This document shows positions 11,737 to 24,000 of a DNA stretch of 64,000 bases, in pieces. Within the stretch, counting starts at the first letter, position 1. Each line of letters opens with the position of its first letter. The notes under the pieces are model-generated. The model was not told the DNA's origin. It saw nothing but the letters and a program-made list of their open reading frames with translations, and ran no database searches. This stretch comes from Lingula anatina (taxonomy: Eukaryota > Animalia > Brachiopoda), in assembly GCA_051362555.1 (NCBI GenBank), contig CM120649.1:5580001-5644000 (forward strand). The letters are read 5' to 3'. The position numbers were made by a program, and so were the translations under genes.

Positions 11737-14700
11737 AAGGACACAAAAGAGGATTTTCGCGCCAAAATTGATTTATCCTGATTTATCCCGAGGTTAACAC
11801 TTCTTTTCCGCGATTTACCAACCTTTAATCTATCATTCCCGGCACTCGCCATCGCTCTGTAACATTTTTGGAAAATACAATAAAAAGAAAACCTCCGCTT
11901 AAGCGGAGGTTTACCAACAACCACCTCCTCTCTAGACTTCCGGATCTCGCGAGATTCTCGTATTGCGACCTAGTTAAAACCAGTTCAAGCTGCCGGGAAA
12001 GGACAACGTGAAACAGGAGGCTCAGTTATGCTGGGAGTCCTTCGAAGACGCGAAGACAGATAACAAAAAGAAAAAAGAAACAGCCTTTACAAAAAACATG
12101 CGTAAAACAGTGTATCAGCAAATGTACGACAGGCAAACAATAAACACCGGCGAGGAAGAAGGCAGATGAAAACCTGCTTGGGTGGCCATGGATACGAAGA
12201 ATGGCCTGGCCGCGAAGTATTTACTGGATTTGTGAGTACCATTTACAATAATCTTTGAGATAAGACACCAGTGAAAATATTTATTAAGCACAGAGATTTA
12301 TTTTTTTTTTTACGTGTGTTCGTTGTATATCTTAACGATTGTCAGGCTCGTCTGTCAAAATATGCCATGAAATTGTAACTAATATGAGTGGTATCGATGA
12401 CAGAAATTGCAAGTGTTGCTCATATGTCGACTCTGACAGGGTTTGGGTTAGTTTATAGAGCAAAGAAAGTTTAAATAAAAACGGACATGGTGGGAGATAC
12501 TAGTCTCATTACATATACATTACAATGACCAGGGCGAATTTTTTGACTTACCGAGGGCACATTTCTTGTGCCTCTAACATCTAGGCATACCACAGTAATT
12601 AAGACATATGACAAAGATGCTATTTTTTTAGGCATCTAAATCCCAAAATGAATGTGCAGAAGCTGTTATTGTATCTAAGTTTAACCCAATGTTAAATGGC
12701 ATGTCAACTATAAGTGAAAATAAATAGTAGTATTTTGATTTTATATTTTAAAGACAATTTGTCTCCTTTTTACATTAAAAATAAATAAATCAGAAAGGGG
12801 ATATTGCATGTTTATGTTTGGTACATCTCTCTAATGTATTAAATAGTCCAGAGTAATAATTTAGATCATACAATTTTAACTTCCAACCAGTATTTCGGAG
12901 ATTAAACCAATATGAAGTGATCAAGAAACTTCAAAATTAAGTTGTAGTTAATACTAGTGCAGTTGAAGATGACAGTCTAGATAATTAAGGTGATCATATT
13001 GAGAAAAATGGCATTTATACTTATTTCAGTTGAATTTTATACTTATTTCAGTTATGTTTTTACATAATTTTTCTCAAACTTGATTATCTTATTTTATGTA
13101 CTGTTGCTTTTTTTTTTGGTTGCAGTATCAAGGTAACTTTTTCCTATGGTATGCCTGAACTGGAAGAAGTGCAGATGGAAGAGGAGGAAGATGCTGAAGA
13201 AGAGGGAATTAAAGGATCCTGATGATCCAACATGGGACTAAAACACGTCTTTAGAGTAAGCAGAATTTTAATAAGCTGATATTCACTCCTCATATATTAG
13301 GCATATAGGTGCATGATTTCTCTTTTATCAATTTTTTTTCCAAATTGGCGACACATAATGTAAACATAATGCAAGACTCTATTTCCTCCGTCAACTGAAA
13401 CGAGCTAAGCTTTACCAAAGTATTGTGCACTCAATTCTAGAATATGCCTGCCCTGTGTGGCATCCAGGACTAACTATAGAGCAATGCAAACTCTAAGAGA
13501 CTGACCAAACTCGTGCTTTGAAGATTATTTTCCCTGACCTATACTATGATGAAACCCTGAACCTGGCATATGTGTACTTTAGATAAACGAAGAGATCTGT
13601 GCAAAACTTTCTTTTACAAAATAACTGAATCCTCTGACAAACTGAATCACATCTTTATTGATCAATCCAACCGTCTTTTAAGATCAAACAATAGTAACAA
13701 AGTGCCACAATTTAAGACCGACAGATTCTGATGCTCTTTTATTCCGTCTGCACTTTTAAATTTCCAATAGTATTATGTTGTCTTTTATCCTAAGTACAAT
13801 AATTTTAAAGTTCAATTAGCAGTCTTTTAACTCAGTTTTATTCAAGCAAATATTCACTTTATTTTCATTATAATTTTCTTAACACTATGTACAACTTCAA
13901 CCCACTGGGTTGCAATCTTAATAAATTATTATTATTATTATTTTGATTTGCTTTTTTAGACCTAAAGGTTATGAGCAACTGCCAGTATGATGTCCTGAAG
14001 AAGAGTTTTTTACATGGAAGAGGAACTCCATGGCTCTCCACCAAAAAAAGATGAACTTTTCTTGAGGGTCCAAAGCGGGGACTAGTTGGATAGTGAGAGA
14101 CTTTTCCTGACTTTCGAGTGCTGCTTACAGGATATATTCAGTGAACTCATCTTGCCAATGTGACAAAGCATAATCTGCTGACTTCAAACCATCTAGCACT
14201 TACATGTATGCTATAATGCAGACAGATTGGAAATCAAGGTGGTCTTTCCTCCCAAACCTAAGTCATATGCCTGATATTGAGAATAAACCATTTTGGTCCA
14301 GCATTTACTTCTTAAATCTAAATGACATCAAATGTATTATGGAATATGGTACTGGTGGCATATTGTGATTTCAACTTGATTTTAAACCAGTGTGTTGTTA
14401 GATTTTGTAAGATCACCAGTTGCAGTTTTGTGACTTTGTTACAGCATAAAATTCTGTATTTGGCAAATGACTGCATGTCATTTCTTTTAAGACCTACAAA
14501 AATGGTTTGAGTGAACACTTGTGCCTGTATTCAATTCTCCACTCAGCCATTATTTAGAATATTCATGCAGGGAAGCTATGCCTGTATTTTTTAAAGAAAT
14601 ATTTATACCTTTCTATTTATTCCCTGCACATCTTGGAAAAGTATGTGTGAATATCTTACTGATGAAACAATTTATGTTTGTGTAAGTTGGGTTGGTCCTT

Positions 14701-16807
14701 TCTTATGACACATCCCTTTGCATGGAGACAGCTCACAAGTCAATACACTGACAGAGAGGGGGATAATTTGTTGATCTGCAATCCTCATGGGTCTGCATGT
14801 ACATCAGACTCTTAACATGATAGCCTGGCTATTAATAAGTCTCTCTCAAAAATGTTATCATACTATAATGTGTACTGCACAATGTGAAAGTTTGTGAATG
14901 CTTGAATAGAAGGCTTATTTATGAAGATGGCATTAATGAGTATGAAAATAATTATGCATTCTAGCTTACAGAATCTGTGTATGTCTTATTCATTACATGT
15001 GACAGGTAATAATAAAGATGATTTGGCCAAATTCCAAACTTATGTAGCAAACTTTGTTTATTCTTGTATTTTTGCCAAATATAAATAAAAGATGTTTCAA
15101 TATTTAAACTTTTATTTCATTCATAATCTCTACCCAGTTAATGCTTCATTGATACTGCAGCTTATGCTTTGTACATAACAATATGTTATTTAATAATAAT
15201 AGTTGGATAGTACATGTTAATTTACTAAAGGGCTAGTTCTTAGAAAAACATGTTCGACATTAAAATATATTCTAAAAAAGTTTTCAAGTATTGCATTAGA
15301 ATTGAATCTTTGGATGTATTTGACAAAATTATAAAATTATTGAAGAGTTGACAATGCACAGAAAATAAAGGCCTTGAGGCTCTCGCTGATCTCAGTCTTG
15401 TCACTTTAAATACATGTACATGGGCATTATAATATAAAACTGTTCACTCGGTTTTGGTAAAAGGTGGTGGATCATGTGGTCATCGCTGCAAATTTTTTGT
15501 AGCAGTCTTTTACACAACTTGTCACACCGACATTGAAGTGATGCAGTATTGTAAGATTGGAGTGCTTCCTGGTATGAGTTTTCCAGACATAACTTGAGGC
15601 ACTGTAATAGTAAAATTACATAAAATGGTTATAAAGAAAAAAATGTATTGATATTATCATAACAGCACTATTCTTTAACAAAAATCAACAAATTAGAGGG
15701 CATGATCACTACATGATAACCAGCTTATTATAAAGAAGCAAGTCTGATTATGGCAAAAAAAAAAAAAATTAAATTTAAATATCTGCAGCTGCATTAAATC
15801 ATAAAGGCCACAAGAAGAAATAACATAATCACACATGGTTTCAAAGAACTGATGTAAAAAAATCACACTAATATTCCCCACTTGGAATTAGAATTTTGAC
15901 CAACTAGGGGGGGTCGGCTTTGCATCCGCGGACCCCCCCCCCCTTTCAAATAATCCTGGATCCGCCCATGTTATACTGCTAAAATTATTAACATACCTGA
16001 TCTCTTCACTCGTGCTTGAAGGGGTGTATCACCCAATTCCTCCTCTGAAAGGCTAAAAAATCATTCCTTATAATCATATTCATTGACAATATTATTAAAT
16101 TTACAAATAAGCTAACGTACATGTAGTTACGTGCCGTACAAAGAACACCCTCTATTGCTCTAACCCCACTAGTACTCGAGTTACATTGTATATCTCATGG
16201 GATTCCCCTGCGAGAATATGGTGTGAGGTTAGTCTGTAAGTACTGGTAGATGACCACATTGAGCAGAAAAGGGTATTCCTCCTGCTTTACAGAACTATAC
16301 ACCTCAGGGGTAAAGTGCACTATCTCGCTTCATATAACTAGTAGTACGTACCCAGTGCGAGTGATTTGGCTGCGAGTGCGTTACCCGAGGAAACGTTAAT
16401 TATTAGCAGTTATCTACGCTTTTTAACTTCCTCTGCCAGACATTTTGATTTCCACTGCCATCTTCCCATTTTAAAATACTTTTGGTAAATATAACTCGCT
16501 TACCTGCAAAGATTCGGTGAGCAATTCCTCTTCTCCTTCACGTCCACGCTCACCTTCGAAACGACATGCTGTCTGCATTGTTTACATCTCGTATCTGAGT
16601 CGAGAAGCCGCGTTATTTCAAACTGTGTCAAGATGGCTGACGCCCGGGGTTCGAAAGTGGACGGTGAATATGATTCTTTTTTTCGATATTGATTAAGGCC
16701 ATTTACCTGCCATTTTATGCTTTACCCATAGCAATTGTTCTCAGATAAGTTAAAAAAGAAGCAATCCATGCACTAAAAAGGCGTTTTTAATCCTATTTTT
16801 TGTCCCT
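11737..16807. mobile_element. Kolobok-like DNA transposon (decayed) nested in Tc1
   Basis: TTAA at 11733-11736 and 16808-16811; imperfect TIR AAGGACACAAAAGAGGATT vs AGGGACAAAAAATAGGATT. Confidence 0.7.
13370..13941 (+). mobile_element. 5'-truncated LINE (CR1/L2 group) 3' end nested in the Kolobok-like element
   Basis: RLYFLRQLKRA...SILEYACPVWHPGLT...QTRALKIIFP (post-RT region, disrupted), ending AATAAA plus (TTA)n tail. Confidence 0.75.
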
Positions 16808-17374
16808 TTAATGCTCTCAAATTGATGTCTATTTGTCGAGTAAAATATGCTGTTATTTTTGGCTATATACTCTAGTTCCATATATGAAAATAAATCTACA
16901 TATTCTTTCGTGCGTTTATATTTTTGTTCAGTATATTTAGATAGACTTTCTTTTATAATTTTTTTCACTTTGTCTGCAGGGTAGAAGGAATCTGCAGCAA
17001 AATGTTACCATTTTTATATAACTCTACGACATCATGCTAACATTAAATCACTTACTTGACTTAATATAATAGTGCCCAAACAAAATCTGGCTTCTTAAAA
17101 TAAGAATGTTTAATTTTGTCGAGCTTCAGTACAATGTACATTAATAACAACTTGATCGACGTCTTTCCTTAGTACTTTAGTTCGTCAACAGATTCAAGCA
17201 CACAAGATATTTCTTTTCTGGAATATCGTTCATTTTCCCTGTACAATTAGCATTAATGTTAGTCATATATCAACTGAAAAAAAACCCGTTTGTTATTGTG
17301 TAATTATCCCATCATAACGCCTGTAGAAGTATATATTATTGAGAATGCGTCAAGTAAATCAAGTTGGCGGCATG

Positions 17375-17701
17375 TCAGTGTGAATCATTTTCACGCGGTG
17401 GAGCCCCTGCTTGCGGTTGTATTGGATGTTTCACATACGTGTTTGTGCGCTCCCTGGTGACGAGTCTTGGAGTCGGCACGAAAACTGCCGAGGAAGAGCT
17501 TTCCGAAGCTTCCCGAGTTTCCTCTCCCACAATGCTGCTCTTTGTTTCCGGTGCACTTGGTTTGACGTAATCGTCCAGCGCCTCACTCTGCTCATTGTCC
17601 TTTGTGTCTGGAATTGCACCACTTCCACCGATTGTAAGGTAATCGCCCAATTTTCCATCTGGTTTGGCACTTTGGCCGTCCATGGAAAGGTAGTCCCCCA
17701 A
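17375..17701 (-). CDS. Receptor last exon (cytoplasmic tail, stop)
   Basis: tttacag|LGDYLSM...LGDYLTI...LDDYVKP...DSH*; phase 0. Confidence 0.85.
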   Translation of the reverse strand: MGDYLSMDGQSAKPDGKLGDYLTIGGSGAIPDTKDNEQSEALDDYVKPSAPETKSSIVGEETREASESSSSAVFVPTPRLVTRERTNTYVKHPIQPQAGAPPRENDSH

Positions 17702-20700
17702 CTGTAAATTTTGATTAAACCAGTGAAAACCACATGATATACAGCACTAGAGAAAAGTATCAATACAAAAATACAGGCCTATATAAAATTACGAAGGGTG
17801 CAGATGAATCATCTTGCTAATTATGCCGTACTTCATACAGTCTAATTTATATCACACAGAGAAGTGCAGGTGGATAGAATTTAAGATTTAAACAAAAATT
17901 GGTGCCTTTAAGATATACAGGTGATACAAGGTTGGATTTGGGATTCGGGATATCAAGAAGGGAGTGGGACAAAAGAAGCGACCATTAGTAAAACCACGGT
18001 GAATCCATACACTCTACAAATGACCGGCTGAGTGGTGACTAGCTGGCGTGCAAAACACCTCGTCGAAGGGAATTGCAAACAGAATAACCAGATAAAATCC
18101 ATACCCGGAAAGTTTAAGGAAAAAATTATTTCTGATTTGTAAGTTGTGGGTAGGAAACCTCAAGGTGCATCAAGCACATTTTGGGTCTCATCCTGTGACT
18201 TTTCTCCTATCTAGAAAAAAACAAGAGCTCGAAAAAAAAAGGACCACTCACTTTAAGGTCTCCATTATCATCATCAGTATCGTAATCCGGAGGTGGCTCG
18301 GCGCCGATCGACGTGACCCGCGTAGAAGCGGATTTGTACGCCCATAGTGGCTTCTTTGCGATCGGCGGGGGTTGCTTTGCGATGGGGTTGGTGTACTGGT
18401 CGGAGGCGCCTTGGGACCGCTCTTCCGTTAGCCTCCGTGTGAGATGAGGGAGGTGGTGTGTATAAGCTCCCGATTTTTGCCGTATGGCCTTGTGCCTCGA
18501 GACTTCTGGCGGATCAGGAAGATCGTCTGCCGAAATGCTGTCAGTTCCGTCTGCTGGTATTTCGTCGTACGTGGATTGTCGTTCCCACAGTTCCACAGAT
18601 TCTGCGGAGTCGCCAGAAAACCCCGAGTCGGCTGAGCTTTCTATGTTACTTCGTAATCTTTCGTATGATTCTTCTTGGTCTTCTGGTTGTTCAAATGCGG
18701 AAGAAGGGACAGAATTCCTTCGTTTCCTATAATTTTACCAAATGGTGTTCAAGTATAATTATTGTGGGTGTATCTTTAGTTTTAACAACGTGATCTTATC
18801 AGCCATTGAAATTAAGAGATTATGCGCCTATGGAATAGGGTAGAAAAAGTATACTGTAACGTTTAACTTTCCGCGTTCACTAAAATATGAGCTACTAATC
18901 TTGCAGTATAAAACATTTTGATAATCATAGATTAGGCATTTTCTTAATACTGTTTGGTTAACTCACTCACTTCAGTTTATAAAATATGATTATAATTAGG
19001 ACTAACAAAACCGCTGCTCCTCCAACCCCGCCCGCTATCCCTGCTGGCATAAAATCTAAAAAGTGAAATAAAAATCATATACAGTCTAAGACTATTATAA
19101 AATCAGTTCAGAGTAGTTACAGATACATTTTATTTAAAATGTTATTATATTAAAAAATGCTAGTTATTAAAACATAGCAGCTGTGAATTAAGCGTTTATA
19201 TCATACACACTCGTCTTAGTAACACTCCATTATTGTGTTAGAGTGGAATAAGTGGGAAGACGTAACAAATCGTTTTAAATCTAAGCCCGGGAGAAAGGAT
19301 TTTACTCTCTTCTCTATCCATTTGTTATCGCATTGGTAAGAAATGATGGCCCGTATAACACGTACAGGTTACGTTCAATGTGATGGAAGTGTGTCCAAGA
19401 CGGGGCTTGCCTGTATAAATCAAAGACAATCAGGCTACCACACGGTGTGCCTAATACATGTATATAAATGACAACGTTTTCACAATGCCCCGGTTGCTCT
19501 TTTATTTCTTAATACACTGTACTTGGTGACTCCGACAGCAAACATAAAAAATACTCAGGTATCATAAAAACACCAATATAATGTACTCACCTACGTAAGG
19601 GGGCGTCGTATTGGAAAACGGTCTTGTATGAACAGCGCATAGAACATCTGAAAAAAAAGTGGCCAGTGCAGCACCAACATTCAGTCAAAGGTGAGTTCAC
19701 TTCAGATATATATATTGAAGCCAGTGTAGCAGTATTACAGTGATGCACTGGATGTGGAACATAGTACAATTAACAACTGGAACCGCAAGTACTTGCTCAA
19801 TACCGCCCTCCCAATAAAATCCTCATGTTTTACAGTGGCAACAAAGAAAGTTTTCGTGGTCAATTTAACATCCAGAAGCCCTGTGAGACAAATATATGGT
19901 TTTCAGTTAAAGCAGCCCGGGGGGGGGGGGGGGGGAGATAAAAAGTTTATAACTACAATATGCTTTAGCTTCTGAAATATGTGGGCAGTGTTGCATAAAT
20001 CTACACCCCGATGCCTACACATGTACTGTACCTGTACATGGTGTGCCGCAACCGTCTGTAGTTCTGATCCTTGTTTCTGGGGCACCACATGGACACGCTG
20101 TAATACAAGGCTCAAGGCCGTTGTAGGAATACGAGTCACACTGACAGTACCCTGGAAGATGACACGTCAGCCATGCAGAATGCTCGCCCCAAAGCAAAAC
20201 GATAAAATGTGGATTATTGTGTAAATGGACAATGTCCACTTATGCGTCTTGCATTATACATGTAGTACAAAAATTAAATATGTTAATAAGCCGTTTCTAT
20301 TTTATGTCGATATTAATTCCCCTTATATTGAATATTGCCTCACCGCCACTTAACCTTGCCTGCAGGACAAACATCGCCGCATATTACGTGCGTTACTGTC
20401 AAAGAAACACTCAAAAGTAACTGCCAAAATACACAAGCACGCTATCCACGCAAGAGTCTCGTTTTCGTCTGCAATACAGCTCAAATAAGACCAGAGGCTA
20501 AACTTACCAACGCACTCAGATACATGGGCAGCTCCCATAGTGTCCGTGGTTGTGTTATTTGGACAAGGGCGGCAAAACAAGTTTTCTGAAATGGGCTGGT
20601 AGGTTCCTTTTGGACAGAGGACGCATTGCCTTGTTTCAGTGTTGAAGAATGTTCCTTGTGGACAAGACACTAAAAAATGACGCATACGCGTGATTTTAAA

Positions 20701-21037
20701 ACCAATAACACTCTTTGTATGAGGAAATGTATGTCTGTGATATTTACAATTACGTTTACCAACTGGACGACAAATAACATTCATTCAGCACTCCTTATAT
20801 ATTATCTAAAGCCCACCGCAAGTCCGTAACAGGCTAAGTATAGGTTACGGGCTGGGATCCGGTTGGGCTCGTGCAATATAGATGTCATGATAATAGCAAA
20901 TAGAGAAACTGGCACAGAGTGGGAAAGAGATCGGCTGATCTTTAATCGTGCAGCATATTTAATAATTCCATTTGTAGCTTATAATTGTCAGGAAACTATT
21001 TCATGTGCAGGACGTGATCTTTGCAAGTAACTATTGG

Positions 21038-21073
<36 letters not shown>

Positions 21074-24000
21074 TTCAAGTCGACATCAAATTTAGAATTT
21101 GTGGAATCTGTTTCTTTCTCACAAGACCCAGTTTACATGTGTTTCTTTGCCGAAAAACTACATTGTATAATCTTACATGAATTATTTCTTGCCAATAGTG
21201 TAAATTGTGAACATAAATGCATTATTTCACACGTTGCTTTTTCCTATTCATCCAAGGGATGTAAGGGACTTACCACAACCTCCTGAAACTAGCTGCTGCC
21301 CATCTCGGCAGTTGCCCTGTGGAGTTTGGATACTAGATCTATCTGCGACCACTGTGATTTCATGCCGTTCCACCGCTACCACCACCATAAATGTTATTTC
21401 ATTTTTTAATTCCCTTCGCAACTTCAATGTCGAACTATCCACCATCGTTTGCAAATCATGTGGTACGGATATGCTAATAAGAAATTAACTTTGTTGGTTA
21501 TTTCTTAAAATGCCCAATGCAATTAATTTCTATGACAGTGAAAACAATGCGCGTATATGATGATAGTAGGATCGGTGTATAATGATAGTTTACGTTCAAA
21601 TATCTCAACAAACAACATCGTCAATATACAAAAAGTCTTCAAAATAAATATACGTAAACAAAGAGACACCATAAAACAAAACGTTTTTGTCTTTTCTATC
21701 ATTATCAATATACAAGTACAAAAAGTCTACACAACAAACAACATCGCCAATATAAAAAGTCTTCAAATAAATATACGTCAACAAAGAGATACCAAAAAAA
21801 CAAAATGTCTTTGCCTTTTTCGTGATCATCGTCAGAAATATATTTAATCAAACTCTTCTGATACCTTGATTCTACGTCAGTATTAAATAGCGCTATAGGT
21901 TCAGGTTCACATGTTATGGTGACATCAGTTTTACACGAGTACACGCTGCAAACACCCTGAAATCCGCGGTCTAAAAGCATCCTCTTGAACGCTGTCGCCA
22001 TCTGTTGTCTGTACACGTCATCCGTACAGCGCCCTTTGAGGTTAGCAAGGATGAAACTCCCGGATAGTCTAACTCTGTTGAATGGATGTTTGGCTGCAAT
22101 GTAAAGTATCGAACAATTGCGAATGACCATATTGATCTCCATAGATATTTTAAAGCCAGAGTCATAAAACTAGAGGAACTTTAAATGGCTCTTATAATGT
22201 ACTCTTTAACACATTGGACAGCGCTGTCTATTGGAGGATGTCAACTTCATTTTTCTTCATTATACAGCAATGCCAGTTTCTGGACAGTGAAAACGACATT
22301 AACCTTTTTTTTTATTTGGGCTTGTATTACTCTATTCTCATTGCATGGTGTGCAACACACTAAAACAGTACAGTGTGTGGCATACCCAGAATACACAGAA
22401 CGTTATTATAACGTTACCATAACGTTTATATTTTATATATATAACTAAAACCGTTATGGTAAGGTTATAATAACGTTCAGTGTTTGCTGGGCCACTGTCC
22501 AAGTTACCAGTAAACCAAAGGGAATAAAGAGACTATATGAGCACATATGCAATGGACATCAACTTTATTACCTAAGCAAGGGATGGCTGTCGACGTTGGG
22601 TGCCAGCGACCTTGCGTGCAATTGTAGAAATAGTCCGAGAACTGAGGTAGCGTCAAGAATGAAGATGTACATATTATTGTCCACAGATTGGATTTCCCAT
22701 CTACACGCGACACGGACTTTCCGTTGAAAGGGTCGGGAAGGTCATTGCACGTTTTGCCTTTAATGGAAATAAACGAGAAGCACAGTATGAAACAGGAAAT
22801 GTTGCGTTTCAGTTATCAGAACTGTTTTAATAACTTCCAATAAACTAAGACACTTTGTACAAAGGATTAAGGTAAATTTAGACACATTGTACTAAGGATT
22901 AAGGTAATTTTTTTCAAAACGGGGGACAAGCTGCTGAACGAGAGCGGGCAAAATATAACTCTTGGCTGAAAATGACAATGATATTTCTCAATTTTTGGAA
23001 TTTATAAAGAGGTCCAGAGCGTTTGAGAGAGAGAGAGAGAGAGAGAGAGACCTATCACAGCAACTTGACTCTTGCAGGTAGCCACGTTCCCAGATACATC
23101 CGATGCGCTATACGTGATGTCATATGATCCCCAGGACACTGGGCTGTTTGGATTTCTGTGGAAAGAATTACGCATTAAGAATGCCTTTCAACAGGTGGTC
23201 ATTAGCCACATAGAGTCTGTGTAGCGCCATGTATAAATGTACAAGTATGCATTTTCTTCACACCCATCTTCTTTCTTCGTTCACAAAATATAGCACATTG
23301 GTCATTCAAACGATTAGATGGACCATATAGCAGTATAAATATTAAACGTTCGTAAATGAAGCACTTAACAGTTCTCTTATATAACTGAATTTATTTTATG
23401 TTATACAGATTCATGCAGGGTACATGTGATCATTTTCTGGTATTTAGCACATTTTTTTGGGATTCGTTGAATTTCTCAATTGGTTACGAAAATAATATAT
23501 GCCATCTAGAACATATTAACCATAATATACAAGCATATGTATCCATTATCAACGATAACCATTTTTATACAAATGTGCTCTTAATATGAAAAAAATGTCT
23601 CACCCCTGAGCTGTCTCCTCAATTATGCCCACATTGTCGGTAAAGCGAGGCGCCTGGATGTCCATACCGCTTGGACTCGTTTTGGAGTAGATTTCCCGGT
23701 ACGGCATGCAGTCCGGCACGTGCGGGGGTTCAAGGTCGACTACTGATACCACGACGGCACAGGCAGTGGATAAACCAGCGCCATCTGTTCCAGTGTAGAC
23801 GACAGTGTGATTACCTGTTTTTTTTATGTGTGAAACAATGAGAATTAAGTTTCATTTAAATTATTAAATGTTCAAGAAGTGCAAAAGTCTTATTGGAAAT
23901 AAACGTTTTCAAGCTTAAGTCAAATACAAGCATGCATGTTGACAAAAAATGCAAATAGCGTTATAACAACTTCACTTTTTTAACGTCATTATAATGTAAG

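Larger units (their letters stand above)
11006..16931 (+). mobile_element. Tc1/mariner element, internally deleted, carrying nested insertions
   Basis: 26-bp TIR CTGAACAAAAATATAAACGCACGAAA with its reverse complement ending at 16931; TA on both sides. Confidence 0.85.

Noticed and set aside
19754-19880. Possible extra receptor exon after the acceptor at 19881
   Set aside because: No convincing phase-compatible donor identified before an in-frame stop
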